Positions 30,494 through 40,338 of a stretch of DNA of 64,000 bases are shown here, piece after piece. The notes beneath the pieces were generated by a model, which worked only from the letters and a program-made list of their open reading frames with translations, did no database searches and was not told the origin of the DNA. A program made the position numbers and the translations under genes. Location of the stretch: the NCBI GenBank assembly GCA_039589315.1, contig JBDHHQ010000007.1:1-64000 (forward strand), read 5' to 3'. This stretch comes from Gemmatimonadota bacterium (GTDB lineage Bacteria > Gemmatimonadota > Gemmatimonadetes > Longimicrobiales > Gaopeijiaceae). How positions within the stretch are numbered: position 1 is the stretch's first letter; each line of letters starts with the position of its first letter.

Positions 30494-31369
30494 TCAGACG
30501 AACTCCACGTCCATGACGTCACAGACCGGCTCGTATCCGATCTGCCGATAGATGCGATTCGGCGTCGGGGCCGAGGCGTCGGCGTACAAGCAACAGAATC
30601 GCCGGCCACGGTCGAGCAGGTGCTGGCTCAAGCCGGCAGTCAGGGCCGAGGCATACCCGCGGCCTCGGGCGTCCGGCGGAGTGTACACGTACCCCACGCG
30701 GCTTCCGTTCGGGGTGTCGCCCATGGTCGCGGCCATGCACACCGGGGGCCCCCCGTCTTCCCAAACGAACATGCGCCCGCGGGCGATCAGATCGTTGACC
30801 AGGGGCTCGGAGCGGCCGCCGTTGATGCCGGTGTCCTCGTGAAAGGCGTCAGCCCATTCGATCAACATGCTCCCGTCGGCAGGCCCGGCCTGCCGCATCT
30901 GACCCGGGCATTGACGCTGTGGCGGAAGCACGCGCTCGAGCCGATAGATCCGCTGAGCCATCCCGGGCCGAGCGACCCGGCCGAGGCGGTCGGCCCAATG
31001 ACGAGCAAACGCCTGGGCGACATCGACGGGACCCAGGACCGCGGAGAGCTCGTCGTACACCTGAACGACGCTGCGGCCGAGCTCTTCCACGGCCTCCAAC
31101 GGCAATCGTGTCAGGCCGAGCTTGAAGGGTGGCGTCCGGAAGGCGGCACCGACCACGTCGCCGCCGCTTTCGACAGTCGCCAGGTAGGCCGGCGGTTCAT
31201 ACCAGGTCCCTCCGGCGGCCAGGCTCCGGGCGACCCCTAGAATCAGGTTGTTCTCGGCTTCCCGGGCGAGGAGCCAGGGCTCGGCCCGGATCAGGAACGA
31301 ACCGGCCTCGTCGAACCGGCGAATGCGGTACGGCTCTGACCTCTCCATCCTTCTGCTCGTTTCGGTCAT
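30494..31369 (-). CDS. GNAT family N-acetyltransferase (FR47-like C-terminal domain)
   Basis: EAENNLILG, VYTPPDARGRGYASAL, LYAD..PTPNRIYRQIGYE. Confidence 0.88.
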   Translation of the reverse strand: MTETSRRMERSEPYRIRRFDEAGSFLIRAEPWLLAREAENNLILGVARSLAAGGTWYEPPAYLATVESGGDVVGAAFRTPPFKLGLTRLPLEAVEELGRSVVQVYDELSAVLGPVDVAQAFARHWADRLGRVARPGMAQRIYRLERVLPPQRQCPGQMRQAGPADGSMLIEWADAFHEDTGINGGRSEPLVNDLIARGRMFVWEDGGPPVCMAATMGDTPNGSRVGYVYTPPDARGRGYASALTAGLSQHLLDRGRRFCCLYADASAPTPNRIYRQIGYEPVCDVMDVEFV

Positions 31370-31728
31370 GATCCGCGCGGACTCCTGCGGGTGCCTCCGT
31401 GACGCCCGGTGGTCCCAGGGTTCGGATTCCCCCCGGGATGCGCAAGTGAGGTGGACATCGGGAACGGCGTCGAGCCACACGCTGAGCGAATGCCGTCCTG
31501 GCGCGTTCCGCCGACGTCCCGGCGCTCCCCCGCGGCGGGCTGCTTGCCACCTCACCGGGGGGCTCGCAGAATGCGTCCTCCGGGCTCGGCTCCCGGTCGC
31601 CCGACACCGGCGGGCGACGTGAGCGCCGACCTTTCCCTGCGACCCCGTGCAACTTCGCCCTGTTCCTCGGGCTCGCGCCCGCCTCGAGCAGCCAAGCACG
31701 GTGCCACGCCGTCGACGGAGCCTCACGC

Positions 31729-32358
31729 ATGACCTCAGACACCGCGCCCGCTTCCTGGTGGGCGAAAGGCCTCCTCTTCGAGAACTGCAACTGTACGACG
31801 GTCTGTCCGGGCCACGTCCATTTCGAGCAGGCGTGCACGCACGAGCGCTGCAAAGGGTACTGGGCCATACGCTTCCGAGACGGGGCGCTGGGTGGCGTGA
31901 GCTTGGCCGGTGTCGACGCCGTGGTCGCCTACGACAGCCCTCAGCGCATGATCGACGGGGGGTGGACCGAGGTGATCCTGGTGGGTGAGGGAGCGACGGC
32001 CGAGCAAGTCGAGGCGGTGGAGGCCATCCTCACCGGAGTCGCCGGCGGCCCCTGGGAGATCCTGGCCCGGTTCGTCGGCCGGCGTCTGCCCACCCGCAGG
32101 GCACCCATGCACATCGTCGAGGAAGCCCGCACCAAGCGGATCCGCGTCGAGGGCATACTCGAGTCGACGGTCGAGGCCATCCGGGGACGCGACCGGTCCA
32201 AGCCCGTCACGTTCGAGAACATGTTCAACCAGGTTCACGCGACGACCCAGGTCATCGCCAGGGGCACGAGCTCGCTCGACAACGGCGTCGTCACGGTCAC
32301 CACGGACCAAACTCACGGGCTCTGGTCAGACTTCCATTGGGTGGTATCGGGCGAGTGA
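31729..32358 (+). CDS. DUF1326 domain protein
   Basis: W.AKGLLFENCNC...CP, ERCKG, ATAEQVEAVEAILTG..GGP; adjacent to DUF2182. Confidence 0.82.
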   Translation: MTSDTAPASWWAKGLLFENCNCTTVCPGHVHFEQACTHERCKGYWAIRFRDGALGGVSLAGVDAVVAYDSPQRMIDGGWTEVILVGEGATAEQVEAVEAILTGVAGGPWEILARFVGRRLPTRRAPMHIVEEARTKRIRVEGILESTVEAIRGRDRSKPVTFENMFNQVHATTQVIARGTSSLDNGVVTVTTDQTHGLWSDFHWVVSGE

Positions 32359-33116
32359 CGGATCGAGCGCCGACTCCCAGGCCTTACGACCGCCAGGAAG
32401 CGGGTATCCTGGCCGCTGCCGTGCTGGGGACGGCGGGGTTGGCATGGCTGTACCTGACCACGATGGGGACAGTTGGGGGAGCAGCACTGGCACCGTGGCG
32501 GCGGGGGGCGTTGGGCGCGCTTCCGCTCGCGTTCGCCATGTGGGCCGTGATGATGGCGGCCATGATGTTGCCGCCTTCATTGCCCTGGGTGGTGACGTTC
32601 GCCCGGCTCTCCAGCGGCACCGCGCTCGGGCGTCGCGGGCGGACGGCTGCGTTCCTGGCCGGATACGCCACCGTGTGGGGCGCGTACGCCCTGGCTGCCG
32701 CCTCCGTGCAAATCGTCCTTCAGCACACCGGCACGCTGGTGGCCCCGGGACCCGCACTGCCCGCTCGGGTCGGTGGCTTGGTTCTCGTCGGGGCCGGCGC
32801 CTTCCAGTTCCTGCCCCTCAAGGCGGCCTGCCTCAGCCAGTGCCGTAGTCCCGTCTCCTTCTTCCTCGCTGCCTGGCGCGACGGGCCCGGCGGCGCCTTC
32901 AGCATGGGCGTGGGTCATGGCACGCACTGCCTGGGCTGCTGTTGGGCCCTCATGGCGGCGGCCTTCGCCCTGGGCGTGATGAACCTGGCGTGGATGGCCA
33001 CCCTGACGCTGGTCCTCTGCATCGAGAAGCTCGTACCCAGAGGCGCAGAGCTGGGCCGGCTGGCCGGCGCTCTGGCGGTGCTCCTTGGCGCCTGGATGAT
33101 GTTGGCCGGCTGGTGA
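32355..33116 (+). CDS. DUF2182 predicted metal-binding integral membrane protein
   Basis: MWAVMMAAMMLP, FLAGY, PLKAACLSQCRSP, CLGCCWALM, GVMNLAWM, EK; GTGA overlap. Confidence 0.88.
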   Translation: MTDRAPTPRPYDRQEAGILAAAVLGTAGLAWLYLTTMGTVGGAALAPWRRGALGALPLAFAMWAVMMAAMMLPPSLPWVVTFARLSSGTALGRRGRTAAFLAGYATVWGAYALAAASVQIVLQHTGTLVAPGPALPARVGGLVLVGAGAFQFLPLKAACLSQCRSPVSFFLAAWRDGPGGAFSMGVGHGTHCLGCCWALMAAAFALGVMNLAWMATLTLVLCIEKLVPRGAELGRLAGALAVLLGAWMMLAGW

Positions 33117-33150
33117 CGGCCGGCGTCGAGGGGACAAGGACGAGGGTGGG

Positions 33151-34656
33151 ATGACGGACAGCGATTCCGGCGGCAGCGAGGGTGCCGAGGCGCCACGGCC
33201 CACCCCCGCCGACGCCCCGGCGGAGCGGAGAGCCGACGAGCCGAGCGACTGGCCCGGTCGGGAAGAACGCGAGCCGCCCATCTGGCCGACCATCGTCGCG
33301 GCGGTCAAGGGAACGGCTCTCGACCTGACCGAGGCGCCGCTCCGCCAGGCCATCATCCTGATGGCCGTGCCCATGGTGCTCGAGATGGTCATGGAGTCGG
33401 TGTTCGCCGTGGTGGACATCTTCTGGGTGACCAAGCTCGGAGCGAACGCCGTCGCGGCCGTAGGGCTCACCGAGTCGATGTACGCTCTGGTCTACACGGT
33501 TGCCATGGGCCTGAGCATCGGCGTCACGGCCACGGTGGCCCGGCGCATCGGCGAGAAGGACGAGGACGGAGCGGCACGCGCGGCGGTTCAAGCCATCATC
33601 CTGGGCCTCGCCGTGGCCGCCACCATCGGGATCTTGGGCGGCATCTTCGCGGAGGAGATGCTGGCCGTCATGGGTGCGCCGCCGGACCTGGTCGCCGACG
33701 GCGCTGGCTACACCCGCGTGCTGTTCGCGGGGAACGCGTCGGTCTTGCTCCTGTTTCTCATCAACGCGGCGTTTCGCGGCGCCGGCGACGCCACGGTGGC
33801 CATGAGGGTCCTGTGGTTCGCCAATGGGATCAACCTGGTCTTGGATCCCTGCCTGATTTTCGGCTTGGGACCCTTCCCCGAGCTCGGGGTGACAGGCGCC
33901 GCTGCTGCCACCGTCACCGGCCGGGGTCTGGCCGTGCTGGTGCAGCTGTGGGTCCTGTTTCGTCTGTCCGATCGGCTCCATGTGGCCGCGCGCCACGTCG
34001 CCGTCGAAATCGCCACCATGGGCACGGTGGTCCGGTTGTCCGCAGCCGGCACGCTCCAGACGTTCATCGCGACCGCCAGCTGGATCGGCCTGGTACGAGT
34101 CCTGTCCGGCTTCGGCCCCGAGGCGCTGGCGGGCTACACGATCGGCGTGCGGATCATCCTGTTCGCCTTGCTTCCCTCATGGGGCATGGCCAACGCCGCC
34201 GCGACCCTGGTAGGGCAGGGGCTGGGCGCGGGCAAGCCGGAACGGGCGGAACGCGCCGTGTGGCTGGCAGGCCGGCTGAACTTCTACTTCCTGGGCGCCG
34301 TCGGCGTCCTGCTCATCATCTTCGCACGGCCGGTGGTCGCCGTGTTCGGGCCGGATCCCGCCACCGCCGACTTCGCGGTGCGGTTTCTCCAGATCGTGTG
34401 CGGAGGGTTCTTCTTCTACGCGTACGGGATGGTGTTGACCCAGTCATTCAACGGCGCGGGTGACACGTGGACGCCGACGTGGATCAATCTGGGCTGCTTC
34501 TGGCTCTTCGAGATTCCCGCTGCCTACGTCATGGCCCACCCGCTGGGCATGGGTCCGCCTGGCGTGTTTCTGGCCCTTGCGTTGGCGTATTCCGCCCTGG
34601 CCGTCGTCAGCGGCGTGATCTTCAAGAAAGGCCGCTGGAAGGAGAAGCGGGTGTGA
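33151..34656 (+). CDS. MATE family efflux transporter
   Basis: 12 TM segments; FRGAGDA, NLVLDPCLIFGLGPFPELGVTGAA, LVGQGLGAG, FNGAGDT. Confidence 0.93.
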   Translation: MTDSDSGGSEGAEAPRPTPADAPAERRADEPSDWPGREEREPPIWPTIVAAVKGTALDLTEAPLRQAIILMAVPMVLEMVMESVFAVVDIFWVTKLGANAVAAVGLTESMYALVYTVAMGLSIGVTATVARRIGEKDEDGAARAAVQAIILGLAVAATIGILGGIFAEEMLAVMGAPPDLVADGAGYTRVLFAGNASVLLLFLINAAFRGAGDATVAMRVLWFANGINLVLDPCLIFGLGPFPELGVTGAAAATVTGRGLAVLVQLWVLFRLSDRLHVAARHVAVEIATMGTVVRLSAAGTLQTFIATASWIGLVRVLSGFGPEALAGYTIGVRIILFALLPSWGMANAAATLVGQGLGAGKPERAERAVWLAGRLNFYFLGAVGVLLIIFARPVVAVFGPDPATADFAVRFLQIVCGGFFFYAYGMVLTQSFNGAGDTWTPTWINLGCFWLFEIPAAYVMAHPLGMGPPGVFLALALAYSALAVVSGVIFKKGRWKEKRV

Positions 34657-34748
34657 GTCGTGTCTGCGGAGAATCGTAGGCAGCCCCATGACCGCAGAGT
34701 GGCGGTCGCGCGGTGGACGGGCTGATCGTCCTGCGTTGCCCGCCACCC

Positions 34749-35729
34749 TCAGTTCTGCAGGAACTCGAACGAAAGCGAGATGCCCCGATCGACGAACTCT
34801 CGGCGTAGCGTCTGATCCACCGGAAGGAAGCGCAGGTCGCTGCGCGTGAGCTCCATGTACACGCCGAGATTGATCAAGGACTGGGCGCTCACCCGGTAGC
34901 GGAACCGGATCTCCGCGTCGGCCATGACGCCGCCTTCGACTCGTACGGTCCGGGCTTCGATGCTCGCCTCGGGATAGAGCTCGCCGAACCGCGACTCCGT
35001 GGCGCTGCTCTGCGGATGCGACAGGTAGCGGCCATTCGCGTAGACGCCGAACCGGCTCCGGATCAGTCCCATGGCGGCAGTGATGCCCGCTCCTACGCTG
35101 GTGAAACTGTCGCCGCCCAGCGTGGTCTCGCGCTTGAAGTCGACGACGGGGGAGATCGCGGCGTAGGCGGCGTCGCTCCGCCAGGACACGGACGGTCCCA
35201 CGTGGCCGGACCACAGGGACTTCTCGAAGGTGGGGTGCTCCACGACCATGGTGGAGATCGTGCCGCCGAAGGCCAGGACCCCGGCGCCAACGCCGAGCCC
35301 GACCGACCCTGGGCGGAGCAGATCCACGAAGGCGTCGGCCCGCAATCCGAGCCGGTGAGCCGGGCCGCAGTCGCGCTCGGCGCAGACGAACTCGGGATCT
35401 CGCACAGCCTCCTGGGTCAGGAACTTGCCCCTGAGCTTCCCGGTTCCGATCACGTTGTGGTGAAAGAAGTCCGCGCCCAGCGCAACGCCCAGCGTGCTGT
35501 GCTGGGGCTGCTCGTTCCGTTGGACCGACCTTCCCGCGCCCTTGAGAACCGAGATGTGCGCGAAGCTGATGTTGGGCGGTGGAGGGACGGGGGGCGTCTG
35601 CGCCGCCGCGGCCGATCCACCCACGGCCAACCCTGCCAACCCGCACAGTACCGCCGTGAAGCCGGACGCTGGTGAGGGGAACGCCCGACCCCTGGCATGT
35701 CGCCCGGGGGGTCTGGTCCTGATGGCCAC
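34749..35729 (-). CDS. Hypothetical exported protein, possible beta-barrel
   Basis: Signal-like LAGLAVGGSAAAAQ, Pro linker, alternating beta strands, C-terminal GISLSFEF; start uncertain. Confidence 0.55.
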   Translation of the reverse strand: MAIRTRPPGRHARGRAFPSPASGFTAVLCGLAGLAVGGSAAAAQTPPVPPPPNISFAHISVLKGAGRSVQRNEQPQHSTLGVALGADFFHHNVIGTGKLRGKFLTQEAVRDPEFVCAERDCGPAHRLGLRADAFVDLLRPGSVGLGVGAGVLAFGGTISTMVVEHPTFEKSLWSGHVGPSVSWRSDAAYAAISPVVDFKRETTLGGDSFTSVGAGITAAMGLIRSRFGVYANGRYLSHPQSSATESRFGELYPEASIEARTVRVEGGVMADAEIRFRYRVSAQSLINLGVYMELTRSDLRFLPVDQTLRREFVDRGISLSFEFLQN

Positions 35730-35848
35730 AGGTACCGACGCGTGAGAGGAGGTAATCCAACCATCGATGAGGCTGTGACTCCAAGATGCGCGTTGGGAAC
35801 CGATCCTGCCAGATTGGGGGGAACTCGACTCAGAGCCCGAGACGGAAC

Positions 35849-37207
35849 ATGCGCAGACGCAGCATTCATGGAGCCCTCGCAGCCCTCCTCGTGGCCGGCG
35901 CCGGCGTCGGTCCAGCCAGCGCCGTGGGCCAGGACGTCGCCCTCGCCCTGGTCGGCGGCCGGATCCTGGACGGGTACGGCGGCCCGGTGATCGAGGACGG
36001 CGTGATCCTCGTCGCCGGCGACCGGATCGTGGCCGTGGGCACCCGGGACGCCGTCCAGGTGCCGGCTGGAGCTCGCGTGGTCAGCACCGAGGGCATGACC
36101 GTGCTTCCGGGGCTCATCGACATGCACGTCCACATCCAACTACTGGGTCACGGCGACTACGAACGGTGGCACGAGCTTTACGGGGACGCCCATGCGACTG
36201 CCACCATGCCGATCGCGGCCGAGCAGCTCCTCATGGCGGGTGTCACCTCTGCCCGGGACCTGGGAGGTCCCCTGGAGCCCCTGCTCGACGTGAAGCGGAG
36301 GATCGCCCTGGGCGAGATCCCGGGTCCCCGGCTGTTCGTATCGGGTCCGTTTCTCCAGCGAGCGCCCTACGCGCCCTGGCAGAGCGAGTACCGCTGGGGG
36401 CTGTCAGGGGCCGACGACGCCCGGACCAAGACTCAGCGGCTCATCGACGCGGGCGTGGACGTCATCAAGCTCATCGACCAGGATCAGCTCACGGCAGCAG
36501 AAGTGGCCGCGGTCGTGGAGACCGCGCACGCGGCCGGGGTCAAGGTCGTGGCCCACGCCCACCGAATGGACGAGATCCGCGTGGGCCTCGAGCATGGCGT
36601 GGACAACTTCGAGCACACCGGGCTCGGGACGGCACCCGGGTACGCCGAAGACGTGCTCGACGCGCTGCGGGAGAAGAACACGAGCCTCTACTGGACGCCG
36701 ACGATCTCGCCCCTCTACGTCATGCACCACACGGGGGAGATCTTCCCGGAGCGTCTCGACGACCCGGGCTGGAGAGCCGGCATGCCCCGGGAGATGGCAG
36801 ACGAGATCCGGGCCTCTCTCGAGCACATTACACACCTGCCGTATTACGCGCTCTTCCCGAGCCGCATTCCCATACTCCCCCACAAGTTCGAGCAGATCCG
36901 GAGCACCGGCGTGCGGCTGCTCATCGGCACGGACTCGGGTATCCCCTCCATGTTCCACACCGACTCCACCTGGCGGGAGATGGCGCTTTGGGTGGAGTTG
37001 GGCGTGCCCCCCATGCAGGTCATCCAGGCGGCGACGCTCTGGCCGGCCCGGTTCCTCGGCGAGGAGGAGGACCTCGGCACGTTGGCGCCGGGTCGGCTGG
37101 CAGACGTCATCGCGGTGCGGGGCGATCCGTTGACTCGCATGGACGTGCTCCGCGACGTGAGCCTGGTGGTCCAGGGAGGACAGGTGATGAAAGAGTCGGC
37201 GCGCTGA
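35849..37207 (+). CDS. Exported amidohydrolase family protein
   Basis: PGLIDMHVH, GVTSARDLGG, VIKL, AHAH, FEH, IGTDSG, GTLAPGRLADVI. Confidence 0.9.
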   Translation: MRRRSIHGALAALLVAGAGVGPASAVGQDVALALVGGRILDGYGGPVIEDGVILVAGDRIVAVGTRDAVQVPAGARVVSTEGMTVLPGLIDMHVHIQLLGHGDYERWHELYGDAHATATMPIAAEQLLMAGVTSARDLGGPLEPLLDVKRRIALGEIPGPRLFVSGPFLQRAPYAPWQSEYRWGLSGADDARTKTQRLIDAGVDVIKLIDQDQLTAAEVAAVVETAHAAGVKVVAHAHRMDEIRVGLEHGVDNFEHTGLGTAPGYAEDVLDALREKNTSLYWTPTISPLYVMHHTGEIFPERLDDPGWRAGMPREMADEIRASLEHITHLPYYALFPSRIPILPHKFEQIRSTGVRLLIGTDSGIPSMFHTDSTWREMALWVELGVPPMQVIQAATLWPARFLGEEEDLGTLAPGRLADVIAVRGDPLTRMDVLRDVSLVVQGGQVMKESAR

Positions 37208-37289
37208 CCGCCGCCGGTCGTGTTGCCTTGCTCCAGGCCTCGCCGTAGGCTCCGGCCAGCCTGGCACACACTACTCAACGGAGTCGGCC

Positions 37290-38384
37290 ATGACCGTCCG
37301 CGTAGACCCGGAACGCGCCCGACGAGTGTTCCTGCTGGGCCTGGTGCTCGGGATCTCCCTGCTCTTCCTCTTCATGGTCCGGCGATTCCTGCTGCCCGTG
37401 TTCCTCGCGGCCATCTTCACGGGTCTCATGTATCCGCTGTATACCCGAATCGCGCGCCGGGTGGGGGATCGAAAGTCCTGGGCCGCAATCGTCACACTCC
37501 TGTTCGTGCTCGTGGTCATCGTCGTGCCGCTGACGTTCTTCGGAGGGATCGTGACGGCCCAGGCCGTGCAGATCACGGAGCGGGTCAGACCGTTCGTCCA
37601 GGAGCACATGGCGAGCGCGGACATGCTCGACGCGCTGGTCGAGCGATTCCCCCGGCTGGAGATGCTCCTGCCGTACCAGGGCTTCATCATGGACAAGGCC
37701 GGGGAGCTGGCGAGCACCACCGGGACCTTCCTGTTCAACAGCTTGGCCGCCGCCACGCGCGGCACGGTCAGTTTTCTGTTCTCCCTGTTCGTCATGCTCT
37801 ATTCGATGTTCTTCTTTCTCAGGGACGGACCCCAGCTCCTGGATCGCATCCTCTACCTGATGCCTCTTTCCGCCGCCTCCGAGGAGCGGATGGTGGACCG
37901 CTTCGTGTCCGTGACCCGGGCAACGCTCAAGGGCACGCTGATCATCGGGGTAGTGCAGGGCGGTCTGGCCGGCAGCGCCATGGCCCTGGCCGGGATTCAT
38001 GGGGCGGCGTTCTGGGGCACGGTCATGGTCGTGCTTTCGATCATCCCCGGCATTGGGACGGCGCTCGTCTGGTTCCCCGGGGTAGTCTATCTGCTGGTCA
38101 CGGGAGAAGTCGCAGCCGGCATCGCGCTCTTCGCCTGGTGCGCCGTCGTGGTGGGGTCGGCCGACAATTTCCTGCGCCCCATGCTGGTGGGGCGGGACAC
38201 GGAGATGTCCGACCTGCTGATCCTCCTGTCCACCCTGGGGGGCCTGCTCATGTTCGGCGCCGCCGGGATCGTGATCGGACCTATCGTAGCGGCGCTGTTC
38301 GTCACCGTCTGGGATATCTATGCAAGGGAGTTCAAGGAGATCCTGCCCGAAACGGGCCGGATGTCTGCCGAGAGCGCGGGGTAG
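37290..38384 (+). CDS. AI-2E family transporter
   Basis: FFFLRDG, SIIPGIGTALVW, DNFLRPMLVG, GGLLMFG..GIVIGP. Confidence 0.9.
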   Translation: MTVRVDPERARRVFLLGLVLGISLLFLFMVRRFLLPVFLAAIFTGLMYPLYTRIARRVGDRKSWAAIVTLLFVLVVIVVPLTFFGGIVTAQAVQITERVRPFVQEHMASADMLDALVERFPRLEMLLPYQGFIMDKAGELASTTGTFLFNSLAAATRGTVSFLFSLFVMLYSMFFFLRDGPQLLDRILYLMPLSAASEERMVDRFVSVTRATLKGTLIIGVVQGGLAGSAMALAGIHGAAFWGTVMVVLSIIPGIGTALVWFPGVVYLLVTGEVAAGIALFAWCAVVVGSADNFLRPMLVGRDTEMSDLLILLSTLGGLLMFGAAGIVIGPIVAALFVTVWDIYAREFKEILPETGRMSAESAG

Positions 38385-38459
38385 TGGCGGGGCAGGTCCC
38401 AGGGTGGGCCGGACGAGCGGGCCCCCGCTGACCGGGTGGACCCGAGCGAAGGGAGGACG

Positions 38460-39527
38460 ATGACCAGCCAGCAGGTTCGTCTCTCACGCATGACCCGGGG
38501 GCTCCTGATCGCCAGCGCGATCGCGATCCTCATCTTCCTGGCCCAGTCGGCCCAGACGATTCTCGTCCCGTTCCTGCTCGCCGTGTTCCTGGCGGCCATC
38601 GCGGCTCCGCCCGTCATGTGGCTGAGCCGTCACCGGGTGCCTCATTCCGTCGCGGTCGCCCTCACGGCCCTGGCGATGATGCTGGCGCTGTCTCTGGTCG
38701 GCACCATCGTGGGTGCTTCGGTGAGCGCGTTTACGGCTCGGCTTCCCGAGTACCAGCGGCTCCTCTTGGTCGAGATCACCCGGTGGTACGACCAGTTCGG
38801 GGCGGCGGCACCCGAGACCTTCCGGGACCTGCTTCCCACGCTGGAGCCCGGTGCGGCCATGGGCATCGCGGCCAACGTTCTGAGCGGCGTGAGTGGCGTC
38901 CTGGGCAACATGTTCCTGATCCTCTTCACGGTGATCTTCATCCTCGTGGAGGCCCGGACGGCCCACAGAAAGCTGGACGCCGCGTTCGGCGAATCGGAGG
39001 CGGGGCTGGACGTCTTCCGGGAGTTCATGCAGAAACTGCTGCGCTATCTGGGCATCAAGACCCTCACGAGCCTCGGAACCGGGGGGCTGGTGACGGTCTG
39101 GGTCTGGTGGATGGGCGTCGACTTCCCGGTCATGTGGGGATTGCTCGCGTTCCTGCTGAACTACGTTCCCACCATCGGGTCGATCCTCGCTGCCGTGCCG
39201 GCGGTGCTTCTGGCCTTGATCCTGCACGGCCCGGGCACAGCGGTCGTGGTGGGCCTGGGATACCTGGTGATCAACACCCTCATCGGCAACGGGATCGAAC
39301 CCCGGGTCATGGGCAGGGGGCTGGGCCTCTCACCACTCGTCGTGTTCCTCTCGTTGGTGTTCTGGGGGTGGGTCCTGGGCCCGGTGGGGATGTTCCTCTC
39401 GGTTCCGATGACCATGACGCTCCGCATGGCTCTACAGGTGCACGAAGGCACCCGCTGGCTTTCCATCCTGCTGGGACCGGCGGACGTCACCGTGCCGACC
39501 TCCGTGGGCGAGGCTCAAGTCACCTGA
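38460..39527 (+). CDS. AI-2E family transporter (TqsA/YhhT-like subgroup)
   Basis: YLGIKT, WGLLAFLLNYVPTIGS, IEPRVMGRGLGLSP, FWGWVLGPVGMFLSVP. Confidence 0.9.
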   Translation: MTSQQVRLSRMTRGLLIASAIAILIFLAQSAQTILVPFLLAVFLAAIAAPPVMWLSRHRVPHSVAVALTALAMMLALSLVGTIVGASVSAFTARLPEYQRLLLVEITRWYDQFGAAAPETFRDLLPTLEPGAAMGIAANVLSGVSGVLGNMFLILFTVIFILVEARTAHRKLDAAFGESEAGLDVFREFMQKLLRYLGIKTLTSLGTGGLVTVWVWWMGVDFPVMWGLLAFLLNYVPTIGSILAAVPAVLLALILHGPGTAVVVGLGYLVINTLIGNGIEPRVMGRGLGLSPLVVFLSLVFWGWVLGPVGMFLSVPMTMTLRMALQVHEGTRWLSILLGPADVTVPTSVGEAQVT

Positions 39528-39594
39528 TCGACGGCAGGGACCGGTCCGCAGCCCCCCGGGCTGACCCGCCGGAGGGCTGCCCGATCGATTGGAG

Positions 39595-40041
39595 TTACGG
39601 CCTCGCGTCGACCGCGACCACGTACCGGACGTTGTTGTTCCAGACGATGCCCACGAGCTCACCGCCAGCCTCCAACCTGATCAGGTTGGACGGATCGGAC
39701 GAGATCCGGTCGGCGCCGAATTGCCGCACGGAGCCATCCTGGATCTTGAGCTCGTAGGTCCGCTCGGCCTTCGTGCCCGTCCGCACGACGTAGATCAGCT
39801 GGTAGGCGACGAAGGCCGCGACGGTTATGCCGTCGTCTTCCAGCGTGACCATTCCCGACGGGTGCTGCACGATACGGTCGGCGCGGAGCTCGAACGGCGA
39901 CTCGCCCTGCAGCTGGACCTCGTAGACGTGGAAGTCCTGAGCGGACAGCCGCCCCAGCAGACCCATGGGATTGGGGGCGGCAGCAGTGATGATGGTGGCG
40001 ACGAGTAGGAGCACGAGAGCCGGAGACGTGAGGTAGCGCAT
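39595..40041 (-). CDS. Exported hypothetical protein with two internal ~50-aa beta repeats
   Basis: GGAGGGA SD; signal peptide; YEVQLQ..ADRI..PS.MVTLE..YVV and YELKIQ..ADRI..PS.LIRLE..YVV. Confidence 0.7.
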   Translation of the reverse strand: MRYLTSPALVLLLVATIITAAAPNPMGLLGRLSAQDFHVYEVQLQGESPFELRADRIVQHPSGMVTLEDDGITVAAFVAYQLIYVVRTGTKAERTYELKIQDGSVRQFGADRISSDPSNLIRLEAGGELVGIVWNNNVRYVVAVDARP

Positions 40042-40338
40042 GAGTCCCTCCGGAGGGGGTGGGTTCCAGGTGAACGCCCTCAGGTATCTCAGGGATCGTG
40101 CCATGCCGAGGCCGTAGGACGCGCAGCCCCCTTCCGGTCCGGTGATCGTGACACCCACCCCAGAGAAGTCCCTGTACTGGAAAGGACGATGGAACCGTGT
40201 GGTTCTGCACAGCAGACCGACGGCCGAGTCGTTCGTCGCTACCGCTCGGGTCCGTGGGGCGTCAGCCCGTGACTCGATTCGGTGCGGCCAGGGCCGCGAG
40301 CGTGGGGCGATCCGACGCGGCCGACGCGCCGGCCGGGA

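Noticed and set aside
31414..31440. tRNA-like GGGTTCGGATTCCCC motif
   Set aside because: The loop does not fit TTCRANY and no other arms are present.
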